This document shows positions 37,881-48,396 of a stretch of DNA of 64,000 bases, piece after piece; the first letter of the stretch is position 1; each line of letters starts with the position of its first letter. Below the pieces are notes generated by a model. The model was not told where the DNA came from, made no database searches, and was given only the letters and a program-made list of their open reading frames with translations. Origin of the DNA: an uncultured Planctomycetota bacterium (GTDB lineage: Bacteria > Planctomycetota > Planctomycetia > Pirellulales > Lacipirellulaceae); contig CAVRBU010000001.1 of assembly GCA_963719315.1 (NCBI GenBank), positions 576,001-640,000 of the forward strand, in the 5' to 3' direction. Position numbers and translations under genes: made by a program.

Positions 37881-38834
37881 TTAGTCGTTTGGCAAATTGT
37901 ATTTCTTGCGGATTGCTTCCCGATCGAAATTGGCTGGCGGCTCTTCGTCGTGATTCGCTTCCATGTCCGCCATGGTTTTGGGCCGATCGTGGACGCCTGA
38001 GGGCGGCACTTCGACTTTTGCGCACCATGTGATCGCGTTTAACACGAGTTTGCGGAAATTTGGATCGGACCAATTCCAATGCCAATGGGCGCCGGTAAAG
38101 CCGAAGCCTCGCCCCCCATCATCTCGCTGCACGGCCCACGCCACGTGCTGAACTTCACCCCGCGCGATGGCGGTCCGCACGGCCGGGTTCCCAGCGTGAG
38201 GATCATCCGGGCGCGAAAGCGATTCGGGAGGCGGTAGCGCGGTTAAGATCGGCGTCACGCCCTGCATGCCCTTGCGAAACCGGATATGATAGTACCATTC
38301 GTCTTCGATCTCGAATGGTTTGACACCGCGGGTGATTGGATGCTCGGGAAGCTTGGTGAACCTGGCCGTCCAATGCGGGTTGACTGACCAATCCGTTTCG
38401 AAATAGCCGCCGATCCAATCCAATAGCTTATCCGCCGCAGGCCCCTTCGGAACCTCGACCGCGTAATGCAGGCAGACGACCCCCACCCCTTTTTTGGCCA
38501 GCGCGCCCAGCTCATCCAAGTGCGTCATGACCATGTGTCCCTGCCCGCCGTCGCCATACATAACTACGCAATCGGCGCCTTCGAGCAGCTTCGCATCTTG
38601 CGGCCAATCGTAGTGAGAGACTTGGGCCTCGATCGGAAGACCGCTTTCGTTAAGCGACTTCGACAGCAGCATGCAACCGGCCAAGTGATCGTGCGCACCG
38701 TAGCCGTGGCTGGGTTTCCCTGCCAGGAACAACACCTTTCGTTTGGCGCCGGTCCCGTCCGCGGCGGAAAGACAAGTCGCCGCGACGCACAACAGCAAAA
38801 ACGAACAAAGTAACGAACAACATGGGAATCTCAT
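37881..38834 (-). CDS. ThuA-like domain secreted protein
   Basis: Signal peptide; LAGKPSHG..H, GVGVVCLH, DEWYY, GRGFGFTGAH, FRKLVLNAITW. Confidence 0.85.
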   Translation of the reverse strand: MRFPCCSLLCSFLLLCVAATCLSAADGTGAKRKVLFLAGKPSHGYGAHDHLAGCMLLSKSLNESGLPIEAQVSHYDWPQDAKLLEGADCVVMYGDGGQGHMVMTHLDELGALAKKGVGVVCLHYAVEVPKGPAADKLLDWIGGYFETDWSVNPHWTARFTKLPEHPITRGVKPFEIEDEWYYHIRFRKGMQGVTPILTALPPPESLSRPDDPHAGNPAVRTAIARGEVQHVAWAVQRDDGGRGFGFTGAHWHWNWSDPNFRKLVLNAITWCAKVEVPPSGVHDRPKTMADMEANHDEEPPANFDREAIRKKYNLPND

Positions 38835-38925
38835 CGCGTCAATTCCTGTCTATACGAGCACTCTGAACTGCGTCGCAGTCGACGCCCGCCCACGGCACAG
38901 ATTATCAATGCTTGACCTGTCGCGC

Positions 38926-40077
38926 TCATGGCGTTCGTGCCTCCGCGGGAACCGCCTGAAAACTGGCGCTACTGTACCGACGGTCGCCCAGGATTTCGCC
39001 CGGCTGCCGCGCCGTGTCATTCGGAGTCGCCAGTCCCAATGTTGGGAACAACAATTCGGCCACGCGGTAGGCTTCTTCCAAATGGGGATAACCGGACAAG
39101 ATAAATGTTTCCAATCCCAGATCCTGGTACTCGCGGATCCGCGCCGCCACCTGTTCTGGATCGCCTACCAGCGCCGTTCCAGCGCCGCCGCGTACCAGAC
39201 CCACGCCTGCCCACAGGTTCGGCGCAATTACCAGCTTGGAGCGATCTCCCCCGTGTAACTCCGCCATTCGGCGCTGCCCTTCGGACTGAATACGCGAGAG
39301 ATTCGCCTTCGACGCCGCGATCGTCTCGTCGGAAACATAGCGAATCAAACTATCCGCTGCCGCCCAGGCCTCGCGTTCTGTTTCCCGCACGATCACGTGC
39401 AAACGAATTCCGAAACGCAACGTCCTACCTTGGTCCGCCGCGCGTTTCCGTACATCGTCCAGCTTTGCGGCCACCTTCTCCGGCGGCTCACCCCAGGTGA
39501 GATACACATCCACGTGCTTGGCGGCAACGTCGTGGGCCGCCGGCGATGACCCACCGAAGTACAAGGCAGGGTACGGCTTCTGCACGGGATACACGGACAG
39601 TTGCCCGCCGTGCGACTGAATGTGCTTGCCTTCAAACGCCACTCGCTCCCGACGCAACAATCGTCGCCATACCTCTAAAAACTCATCCGTCAACTCGTAG
39701 CGGCCGTCGTGGTCCAGTGTGATGCCATCGCCGGCAAGCTCCTCCGCGTCGCCTCCGGCCACGACATTGATCAGTACCCTTCCCTCGCTAAATCGATCGA
39801 GCGTCGCCGTCATCCGGGCAGCCTGACCGGGTGTTGTAAGTCCGGGTCGCACCGCCACCAAGAATTTTAGCTTCTTCGTCGCCGGCGCCAGCAAAGACGC
39901 AGTTACCCAAGCATCTTCGCAACCGCGCCCCGTCGGTAGCAGCGCGCCAGTGTAACCCAAATCATCGATCGCCGCCGCTATCTGTTGCAAATAGGTCAGC
40001 GTGATCGACCGCGCACCGATCGGCGTGCCTAAATATCTCCCATCGCCAAACGTTGGAAAGAACCAAAATGCTTCCAT
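38926..40077 (-). CDS. ssuD: FMNH2-dependent alkanesulfonate monooxygenase (LLM class)
   Basis: [70 protein letters not shown]. Confidence 0.93.
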   Translation of the reverse strand: MEAFWFFPTFGDGRYLGTPIGARSITLTYLQQIAAAIDDLGYTGALLPTGRGCEDAWVTASLLAPATKKLKFLVAVRPGLTTPGQAARMTATLDRFSEGRVLINVVAGGDAEELAGDGITLDHDGRYELTDEFLEVWRRLLRRERVAFEGKHIQSHGGQLSVYPVQKPYPALYFGGSSPAAHDVAAKHVDVYLTWGEPPEKVAAKLDDVRKRAADQGRTLRFGIRLHVIVRETEREAWAAADSLIRYVSDETIAASKANLSRIQSEGQRRMAELHGGDRSKLVIAPNLWAGVGLVRGGAGTALVGDPEQVAARIREYQDLGLETFILSGYPHLEEAYRVAELLFPTLGLATPNDTARQPGEILGDRRYSSASFQAVPAEARTP

Positions 40078-40094
40078 GGTCGTCCTACTTCTAT

Positions 40095-42176
40095 TTATCG
40101 TTCAACCCGTTGTTCTGGCCCAGAGGCTGGTCGTGATCCTGCACTGCATGGTAATCCACTTGCAGTGCTACGACAAAGAGTGCGGAGGATGCCCAGGGAC
40201 GTGACACAGATACCGACGAGCAGCATGCTCCAAGTTGTGGGTTCGGGCGCTGGAATTCCTAGGGGCAGGCCGAGACTCGTACTGTTGCCGACAAGTTGAC
40301 CGAAGTGGGCCCGCCAACGATCAAAATCGTCCGGACCCACGCCGGGGGTGTCGTCATTCGCGAGCGATGTGCCGATTCCCAGGTTGCTGCGCCACACAAC
40401 ATAATCGGCTGTGTCCACGACGCCGTTCTGGTTGTAGTCGCCAGGCAAAGGCGACGCAACGAATTTTGTAATATGCAGTCTACCAGGGCCTGTGATGAGC
40501 GGACTAGTGAACTGAGCGCCCGAACCAACTGCGCCCCAGATTCCGGTTGGCCGCGAGATGCCATCGATGAATAAGGAGCCAATGATGTCCGGGACGTCGG
40601 TGAAATTCAAATTGAGTGTCGCACCGATCGCCAGGTAAACGTCCGCCGCATCGGCGAGCATGGGGGTATCGAGGCGGAGCGTGCCTTCCTGAACCGTTGT
40701 CGCGTCACTGTAGGAATTCGTGCCACCGAGCTCGAGTGCGCCGGCACCGCTTTTTGTCAGCCCGCCGGGGCCGCTGATGTTCCCATCGAGATGAAATGTG
40801 CCATTAACAATGGTCGCCTTCAAGCTGTCTGCCAGTTGCACATCCGCGGCGATGATGTGACTGCCTTGCGTGGAAGTGAGCGTGGCGGCACCGCCGGGTT
40901 CGTCCAATATCAAGCTGCCGCCGCTGCCGGGGCTGATCGTGTAAGTGTAGGGGCTGTCGAACGTGAGCGTGCCCACCGTTTTGTTTCCGTCGAGTGTGAT
41001 CGTTTGACTCCCGGAGAGAGTGCGCCAGAAATTTGCCTCAGCGCCTTTCCCATTGGGTACTCCGCCCAGCCAGTTCAGTGGTTGGCTCCAACTCAAGGGA
41101 ATCGTCGTGCCATTCACATTGACGGCTGAATCCGAGAGCCATTGAGGCTTCTGGCTGGGCAGGACGCGGCGCGAGCGGTAATAGTACTCGTGTTGAATCT
41201 GCTCGGCCTCGGTGATCCCCATCGTGTTGCCGCCCCACGCGTAGGCCAGGAAGCCGGCAAATCCGACGTTATAAATGGCATCCTGCCGGATCTGAATCAC
41301 CGTGTCCCAGTCGGCGGCCGAAATTCCCGCGCGTCCAAAACCATTCCCGGCTGTGGTGTTGCCGAAATGCTCGCCCAGGAACAGTCGCGATCTGCCTACT
41401 CCAACTGCCGTGTAGGTATCGATCGACGCCTGGTACTGGTTTTGAGCCCAGGCGACGCGCGATGCATAGCTCGATCCGCCTGCGATTACTTCCGGACCGC
41501 TGAGATAATTCTCTACCCCGATGTATGATTTGTCCGCGAGCGCCTGCCAGGAAGCTCCGTTGTTCGTGCTGCCGGTGCCCACCGTGGCAAAGGGCGCATA
41601 CGTGACGACGTTAAAACCATAGACATCGTGCAATCGTGTGACGCAGTCGATGACCCACTGCCGGTGCGAGTTAAGGCTGGGCGCTCCTGGATTCTGTGGC
41701 CAGAGGCTGGCCGAAATTTCGTTGAGAACGAGCCATGTCGGCTTGGGGCCGTTGTGCGTGGAGTTGCTGGTGGCGTAGGCGTTGATCGCGTCGGCCTCCT
41801 GAGTCGCCGTGGGCTTGGGGGTTTTGTTGTAGTCGGCCAGAAAGTTGTTGTAGAACTGGGCCAGTTCGTTGCCGGCAGCGACCATCTCCGGACGATGGTT
41901 GTCCGTCGACGTCGTCATCAAGTTGCCATTGATGCTGGGATAATTGAGGACATCGAACTGAGCCTGGCCGAAATGCGGACTCGCACCGGGCATGCCCGCT
42001 TTGTCGAACGACGTGTAATCGAAATGGACGTCGTACGCTGCCGCGACGATTGGAAACGCCAGTAATAGCGACACCACGCTCACAGGCGCGGAACGAGATT
42101 GCGACAGCAAGGCAGCGACCGACCCCAAGCGACCTGTTGACCCCGGTGCTTTTGCACACGACTCCACGGCTTCCAA
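40095..42176 (-). CDS. Secreted protein: unassigned N-terminal catalytic-like domain, autotransporter-associated beta-strand repeat, dockerin-like domain, PEP-CTERM
   Basis: [44 protein letters not shown] followed by TM; start uncertain. Confidence 0.85.
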   Translation of the reverse strand: MEAVESCAKAPGSTGRLGSVAALLSQSRSAPVSVVSLLLAFPIVAAAYDVHFDYTSFDKAGMPGASPHFGQAQFDVLNYPSINGNLMTTSTDNHRPEMVAAGNELAQFYNNFLADYNKTPKPTATQEADAINAYATSNSTHNGPKPTWLVLNEISASLWPQNPGAPSLNSHRQWVIDCVTRLHDVYGFNVVTYAPFATVGTGSTNNGASWQALADKSYIGVENYLSGPEVIAGGSSYASRVAWAQNQYQASIDTYTAVGVGRSRLFLGEHFGNTTAGNGFGRAGISAADWDTVIQIRQDAIYNVGFAGFLAYAWGGNTMGITEAEQIQHEYYYRSRRVLPSQKPQWLSDSAVNVNGTTIPLSWSQPLNWLGGVPNGKGAEANFWRTLSGSQTITLDGNKTVGTLTFDSPYTYTISPGSGGSLILDEPGGAATLTSTQGSHIIAADVQLADSLKATIVNGTFHLDGNISGPGGLTKSGAGALELGGTNSYSDATTVQEGTLRLDTPMLADAADVYLAIGATLNLNFTDVPDIIGSLFIDGISRPTGIWGAVGSGAQFTSPLITGPGRLHITKFVASPLPGDYNQNGVVDTADYVVWRSNLGIGTSLANDDTPGVGPDDFDRWRAHFGQLVGNSTSLGLPLGIPAPEPTTWSMLLVGICVTSLGILRTLCRSTASGLPCSAGSRPASGPEQRVER

Positions 42177-42220
42177 AGTCTCAAGTATCGCAAATGCATC
42201 GTTGCCTGGGCGCTAGTCGA

Positions 42221-42640
42221 TTACTTCGGCTTCGACGTGAGTTCGAAATCAAAGGTGTTATGCTTGCCGGCCACGACTTCGCGGCGAAGTTCTGACTGCG
42301 TTTTATAGCGCGAGGGCACGAGCTTCGGACGCTTCATGGATTCGCCATTTGGGCCCGAGATCACATTATCCGCCTCGATCCGCACCGAGTGCCAGCCGAT
42401 CAGGGCGCCTTGCTGACCCCGCTTGTAGCCAAGCTCGTAACGGCCATCGCGGTCGGTCGCACCGTACGATGGCGAGCCGCTCGCTTCGGGTTGAAACAAT
42501 ACCAGGGCTGAGCTAACGGGATCTCCATCGAGCGTCACGCGGCCGCTCACGGGGGCCAACTCCGGTCCCGAACTGCCGCAGCCGACAAATATCGCAAGTG
42601 GCAAGATTCCGCATATCGTCCAATAGCGAGTTTGACGCAT
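42221..42640 (-). CDS. Lipoprotein with carboxypeptidase-regulatory-like domain (DUF1559 partner)
   Basis: Lipobox FVGC, VSGRVTLDG, TDRDGRYEL, VPSRY, NTFDFEL. Confidence 0.88.
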   Translation of the reverse strand: MRQTRYWTICGILPLAIFVGCGSSGPELAPVSGRVTLDGDPVSSALVLFQPEASGSPSYGATDRDGRYELGYKRGQQGALIGWHSVRIEADNVISGPNGESMKRPKLVPSRYKTQSELRREVVAGKHNTFDFELTSKPK

Positions 42641-42744
42641 GTGTCTCCCGAATGCCCCGCCACTATGGCGATTTGATCTGGCCCGATTGATGAACGGGAA
42701 CGCGCTAAACCGTGTTCCGCGAGCAACAGCGGCACCGGCCGCCG

Positions 42745-43875
42745 CTAGTAACCGTCCACGGGCAAGTCATCGTTCCGCACGCCCAGACGCTGATAGACTC
42801 CGATCATCACTCCGTTGCTGCCCACAGTTTTGAACTGTTCAGCGGGCTGCAATCGATCGTTCGGAGGAATCGCGTCGTTGAAATCGATGTCGTCGTTGAT
42901 GAAGTGGACTGAGCCATCGCAATAGGCAAATTGAGCGCCGCCCGAGTGTTTGCTCCCGAAGCCCTCGGTGCACGAGTTGTGCTTTCCCGTCAGTGGATGA
43001 TTTACTTTCAACTCACTCACGCGACCGAGTACCCAGTACGGACCATACATATCTGCTCCCGCGGGGTTTCGCACACCGATCCACGTGGCCGCGAGACAAA
43101 ACGAATCCCGTTCGCCGAGCATAAATGTCTTCGAGGCGCCATCAGTTATTTGCTTCATGCTTACTGGGAAGCCGCCTTGAAAAACGCCGTTTCCCACACA
43201 CGTATTGCGGTCGGGCACCCAATCGAGCTCTGTGTGGTGGGCGGGGTCCGATATGCACTTCATGTCGACGAAGCCCTTTGATCCCGCATAGTTTGAGGTG
43301 GAGGGTAAAAACGGCTGAGCCGGAACCTGCTTGGAATACTTGCCGAGGAATTGTCGCTCCCACCCCTCGGTGCCGAATCCTCGAGGCAGTGCGGCCCCCG
43401 CGCGATTTTGCGCGGCATTCTCAGGCGTGCCATCGTAGGGCACTGGGTTCGGTGTATCGTCGGAAGGGCAACGAAAGACGGCAAGCGGCGCCTGCAGGGG
43501 CGCGAGCTCTTGAATGTTGGTCTTCGCGGCGATGAAGACATCGGCCAATCGGCGCTGCTGCGGCTTCAATTGGTCATAGATTCCCTGTTCTTCCAAATAC
43601 GGCAACGTGTACGTGGGCCACGCCCAGCCCTCGACAATAAGTGGCTGGCTGACGTAGCCGACTGGCAAGTGTTTGTTCGTGGATTCGTAGTTAAGCGCGG
43701 CTAGTGCGATGTTTTTCAAGTGGTTCTGACATTCGGCTCGCCGCGCCGCCTCTCGCGCCGCCTGGACCGCCGGCAGTAGCAGGGCTACCAAAATGCCGAT
43801 TATGGCGATTACGACCAACAACTCGACGAGCGTGAAACCCTTGCGAGGAAATTGCGAGCGAACGGCAACGCGCAT
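42745..43875 (-). CDS. DUF1559 prepilin-type protein
   Basis: [66 protein letters not shown]. Confidence 0.95.
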   Translation of the reverse strand: MRVAVRSQFPRKGFTLVELLVVIAIIGILVALLLPAVQAAREAARRAECQNHLKNIALAALNYESTNKHLPVGYVSQPLIVEGWAWPTYTLPYLEEQGIYDQLKPQQRRLADVFIAAKTNIQELAPLQAPLAVFRCPSDDTPNPVPYDGTPENAAQNRAGAALPRGFGTEGWERQFLGKYSKQVPAQPFLPSTSNYAGSKGFVDMKCISDPAHHTELDWVPDRNTCVGNGVFQGGFPVSMKQITDGASKTFMLGERDSFCLAATWIGVRNPAGADMYGPYWVLGRVSELKVNHPLTGKHNSCTEGFGSKHSGGAQFAYCDGSVHFINDDIDFNDAIPPNDRLQPAEQFKTVGSNGVMIGVYQRLGVRNDDLPVDGY

Positions 43876-44101
43876 GATGATCTCCCGATGGCGTAGTGCT
43901 CCGCCAGCATTGCCCCCGATCGCGACTAGCAAGCCACATTGCCGGGACAAAGCAATTTCATTATCAGGTTGTAGTCTAGCGTTACAAGCTTAAGTTCGCG
44001 ATGTACTCGTTGCAGACAATTCGAGGCAGTTGCCGGCGTGGCAGGGGAGTTTGTTTGCAACACTAAACGCATCGGTTTGATGAACATTTGCGCAGAACGA
44101 T

Positions 44102-46462
44102 TCAGCTCTCGCGACATCGTAGGAACCCACCACCGCCGACGAGCAACGACCCGATGGCAAATACCAGCATCGCGATCGCTCCAGGCTCTGGCACCGTGGA
44201 AGTTGAACCAAGCGAACTGCCACTGCCCGAGGTGTTGCCGAACCGCGCTCGCCACTCGGTATAGTCGGCCGCGTTCACGGTGCCCGGCGTATCGACCTCA
44301 TTTTGCAGCGGCCCCCCGTTGCGCCACAGCACATAATCCGCAGCATCCACGACGCCGTTGCCGTTGTAATCGCCAGGGACGCCGGCGGGGCCGACCGACA
44401 CGATGCCCGCACCGGAGAAAAACTCGTTGAACTTGAACATCGCGCTGCTGGCCGTACTGCCGTAGGTGCCGTTGGCTTGCGCAACATTATTCAGAAGCAG
44501 CGCCGCGACGTGCTCGTTGATGCCGGTGCCCAAGCTCAAGAAACCGATGTCGGCGATTCCCGGCGTGCCGCCGCCCAAGAGCGACAGGGTTGCCGTATCG
44601 GCGATGGCATTGCTCACGCCGCTGGAAATCGTCAGGTCGCCGCCCGTGATCGTCACGTTGCCGGCGCCAAGCGTCGCGGACGCGCCGCTGACAAGCAGCG
44701 AGCCAGCCTCCACCTCGGTGCCGCCGGAGTACGTGTTGGCGGCGGTGAGCGTCGTAGTTCCGCCAGCGACCGAACGCCGGAAGCGGCCGGTTCCGGAGAT
44801 GACGTTGGAGTACGTCTGCGTTCCAGAAGCGTTGCCGGAGGTGAATCGAGCAGCGCTGAGGTTGGCGCCGTGCAGGGCGCCGTTGGCTATTTCCAACGGC
44901 AAGCCGAAGTTCAAACCGGCGGCGGAAAACGTCACGTCGAAGACGCACATATTGTTCGCCAACGGCGTGCCGCAGCCCGACGCGTCGTTCGTGATCCGTA
45001 GCGAGCCCGTGCCGCCAATGGTCGGGCTGCTGAATTCGAGTACCGGGTTGGCGCCAGCGGCAGTGGTACGAATGGTGCTGCCGGCCGCTGTGATATCGAG
45101 CGCATTCGTGATCGCATTCGTGTGGCCCGCCTGCGACACACTGAAGTGGCCACCGGACATGTGAATCGTGCCCGTTCCATCGCCCACGGTGCCATTGCCA
45201 TCGACGTTGAGATAACCTTCCTGAACCGTAACGCCGCCGGTGAACGTGTTGTTCGGATTCCCCAACGTGAGAACTCCCGCGCCCGCTTTGGTGAATCCGC
45301 GATTCTGGCCTTCATCGCCGATAGGCCCACGTAAGATGAATACGCCGCTGGTGCCGGTTGTGTTGCTGACCGTGATTGTCGGGTCATCGACCTTCAGCGT
45401 CGTGACGGCGAAGCCTTCGCCGCCGCTGGCGAATCCCAGGAGTTCGATGTTGGAGGCGCCGATCAAGGCGTCAAAGCTGTTGGTAATGTCGATGTTCTCG
45501 GTCTGCAGACTGCGGGATCCCGTTCCGAAGAACGTGATGGTGCCGCCATCGAGCGTCAGCTTCGCCGTGGCGTTACTTCCTCCGTTGGTGCCGAGTATAT
45601 TGCCGGCGCCGATGCCGAGCAAACCGCCACTGAGCACGAACTCTCCGTCCCACGCGCTATTGGAAGAGTTTATGTTAAGTTGGCCAGCGCCAACTTTTTT
45701 AATTTTACCGCTGCTTTGCGAGAATAAGTTGGCTTGATACAACTCGACCTCGTTAAGGTCGTCATTGATGATCAGCGTGCCCGTTCCCACTTCGATGCGG
45801 CTGTTCTGGAGGGCGCCGGAGCCGGTGTTGATCGACGCGATCGACTTTACCGTTTCGGTGTTGCCGTTCAGATCGAAGACTGAGTTCTTCCCCTCAATCT
45901 GGACGACCGAGGTGTCTGGAACAACTTCGGATGCGCCGAGCCTCAAGGTGTTAGTGGTGGAAGTTACCGTATTGTCGGCCAGAAAAGTGTTGCCGGAATA
46001 GGTATTAGCGCCCGTAAGCACAAGAGTGCCGGTTCCCGACAAGTTCAACCCCGCGGTGCCGCCGATGACCGAGTCGATGGTAGCGGTCAAGCCATTGTTG
46101 ACGTTGACCGCGGCCGCGCCGGTAAGCGTCAGTTCGATCCCGCCCGTGATGGATACTGTGCCATCTTTGAATTGGATCCCACTGGCTGATTGCGTTCCGT
46201 TAAGCGTGACATCGTAGGTGCCGGTGACGTTCGAGCCGGCGGAGAAGACGGCTGTTTCATCGGCGACCCACGCTCCGGGCGCCGCGTTGCCGTCAGGATC
46301 GGTGTTCCAGAAACTATCGGCGCCCCACGTGCCAGCGGCCGTGTTGGTGTCGCTTCCGCCAGGATTGGCGCCATTCGCGTCCCAATACAACTGAGCGCTT
46401 GCCGTCGAAAAATTGAAGGCCAGGACAAACAACGCAGAGGCTAAAGAGATGCGGTTTAACAT
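44102..46462 (-). CDS. Autotransporter-associated beta-strand repeat protein with dockerin-like domain and PEP-CTERM
   Basis: Signal peptide, several GTLVLTGANTYSG-type repeats, GDYNGNGVVDAADYVLWR, VPEPG followed by TM. Confidence 0.92.
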   Translation of the reverse strand: MLNRISLASALFVLAFNFSTASAQLYWDANGANPGGSDTNTAAGTWGADSFWNTDPDGNAAPGAWVADETAVFSAGSNVTGTYDVTLNGTQSASGIQFKDGTVSITGGIELTLTGAAAVNVNNGLTATIDSVIGGTAGLNLSGTGTLVLTGANTYSGNTFLADNTVTSTTNTLRLGASEVVPDTSVVQIEGKNSVFDLNGNTETVKSIASINTGSGALQNSRIEVGTGTLIINDDLNEVELYQANLFSQSSGKIKKVGAGQLNINSSNSAWDGEFVLSGGLLGIGAGNILGTNGGSNATAKLTLDGGTITFFGTGSRSLQTENIDITNSFDALIGASNIELLGFASGGEGFAVTTLKVDDPTITVSNTTGTSGVFILRGPIGDEGQNRGFTKAGAGVLTLGNPNNTFTGGVTVQEGYLNVDGNGTVGDGTGTIHMSGGHFSVSQAGHTNAITNALDITAAGSTIRTTAAGANPVLEFSSPTIGGTGSLRITNDASGCGTPLANNMCVFDVTFSAAGLNFGLPLEIANGALHGANLSAARFTSGNASGTQTYSNVISGTGRFRRSVAGGTTTLTAANTYSGGTEVEAGSLLVSGASATLGAGNVTITGGDLTISSGVSNAIADTATLSLLGGGTPGIADIGFLSLGTGINEHVAALLLNNVAQANGTYGSTASSAMFKFNEFFSGAGIVSVGPAGVPGDYNGNGVVDAADYVLWRNGGPLQNEVDTPGTVNAADYTEWRARFGNTSGSGSSLGSTSTVPEPGAIAMLVFAIGSLLVGGGGFLRCRES

Positions 46463-46634
46463 GTGAGAATGATCTTGTGGACCTCAATACAGGCAGTGCC
46501 TATCAACGTCAGATAATCGTCGAGGGAGGGACGTTACGCCCAATCGCAGCGGCCCCAACGCCAGTTGCTTCGGTCGCAGATTTCGGCACATCCTGCTTTA
46601 GGATTGAAAAATACGTCGACAGGACTCGGACCGG

Positions 46635-47627
46635 CTAACTCTCCCTTCGTCGCGACCAACTCAGCAGCACGCAACCTATCACGAACAGCCCCAGTGATGC
46701 CGGCTCGGGAACCGTTACGCAGGTCACGTCCGCCCAAGTGGTGCCCACGCGGATTTCGTCGAGGTAGGTGTGGTCCGGGTTTTGAGTGGCAGCAACGTTT
46801 GAAATGCCTGCGCCAATGATCAAGGCGGCCGCGTAGTTGTTGGTTGGGCTACTGGCATTGATGGTTCCCTGCGCACTGCCATCGGGCGCCGGCACGCTGC
46901 TTTCATCCAGGCAGAAGAACGCGGAACTCGGATCAAGCCAAAGGTCGTTGCTGTCATCGGCGCCCGAGCTGTCGGTTGGCCCTTGCACGTATCGCGCAAC
47001 CACTAAGTGGGTACCACCGGCAGCGATGTCGCCCGTCCAGTAAGTGTGACCGGTAGCCGTTCCGCCCGGCGTGTTGCTGGCACGAATGCCCAGATTGTAC
47101 GTGTCTGCCGCGCTGCCCTGGCGAATGACGAGCTCACCCGCCCAGTTGCTCGGTCGTCCAGTGCCGAGCCCGTTGTTGAACGCGATGATCATGTCATTGT
47201 TGGCGTTTAAGTTCGAATTGGGAGTATTCAGGCCGGCGACGCTGGGGACATTCAGCAACAGCGAGTAGTACAGCGTGGAGTTGGCCCCATACTTCGGACT
47301 GAGATCGGGGTTGAACGCGTCGGGTATATTGAGCCGGTCAAATTCGGTGGTGTCGGTGTTTACCATATCGGCCATGTTGCCACTGGCGGCCGGAAAACCG
47401 CTCGGAGACGTTAGGCCAGGGCTGCCTACAGAGTGAACTGCAGAGCCCGCAGTTCCAGCCGCATTCCACGTCCCTGAAGGATTGACTTGTCCCGCGATGG
47501 GTTGGCCGGCCGTGTAATCAAACGGCTCGTAAATCAGCATCGCTGCCGACGAAGTGGACGCCGCCAAGGAAATGCATACTACCGCCACGAACAATGGCAA
47601 TAGGAGAATCATCAGCAGTTGTCTCAT
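46635..47627 (-). CDS. PEP-CTERM secreted protein
   Basis: GGGAGG RBS, signal peptide, YEPFDY, LDEIRVGTTWADV, VPEPASLGL followed by TM and RRR. Confidence 0.9.
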   Translation of the reverse strand: MRQLLMILLLPLFVAVVCISLAASTSSAAMLIYEPFDYTAGQPIAGQVNPSGTWNAAGTAGSAVHSVGSPGLTSPSGFPAASGNMADMVNTDTTEFDRLNIPDAFNPDLSPKYGANSTLYYSLLLNVPSVAGLNTPNSNLNANNDMIIAFNNGLGTGRPSNWAGELVIRQGSAADTYNLGIRASNTPGGTATGHTYWTGDIAAGGTHLVVARYVQGPTDSSGADDSNDLWLDPSSAFFCLDESSVPAPDGSAQGTINASSPTNNYAAALIIGAGISNVAATQNPDHTYLDEIRVGTTWADVTCVTVPEPASLGLFVIGCVLLSWSRRRES

Positions 47628-48285
47628 TAGTCCCTCCCGCACTCGGAATGAATGCAAATCTCAGTTAGTCAGTTGGAATGTAAAACCGTCTGGTCAAGTT
47701 GAATTCAATCGGGCCTGCAAAGTCATGCCTGTGGCACCCTGCCTCGCTCCCCTGCACCCCCCCTATGATACACGGTCAAACAAGTAATCGCAAAGAAAAT
47801 TTGCAGTAAAAAGCGTGAAATCGGCCAGACGACCATTTGATCTCCGCCATCTCGGCGAGTTTCTGAATCGAGTGCAAAACTGCGGTTCAGCCCACGACTT
47901 CCATCTTCCTACTATTGCAATAAGCGGTTACCGTAGGCCGATAGGGATTGTCCTTGTTGAATCCTTTCTAAGTTGATGTCTATAGTCATGATGCGATCCA
48001 ATCCTTCTCGGCGTGAAATTCTTCGGCATGGTTCTTGGTGCTAACGATCGGCTGCGCGTTGAAACTATTCGGCGACGGGGCTTACGCGGATCCCCCCGCC
48101 ACCTATCGAGTCACTGGCATATTCGGTCAGACAATCGCTAGTTCGCGCCGTGAAGCGGGCGAAACTTCCCACAAAGCTTTGGAGCAAATGCGCACGCAAC
48201 CGAGGCCAGCATGGGCCTCCGAAGGATGGCGTCGTCCCTGGCACGCGCGAGGATCGGGATCCGCTGACAGAATAGTCAGTAAGCT

Positions 48286-48339
48286 CACGGACTGAAGTCC
48301 GTGCTACAAGCTTGTTTTGCCGAAAATTGGGACACCACC
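48286..48339. repeat. Second copy of one arm of the 12132-12253 MITE/REP element
   Basis: 49 of 54 nt identical to the reverse complement of 12132-12185. Confidence 0.8.
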
Positions 48340-48396
48340 CTGCATCCTGCAACGAAACTGCGGGGCTCTCGTCCGCCGTCTTTTTTCCGTGGGTGG

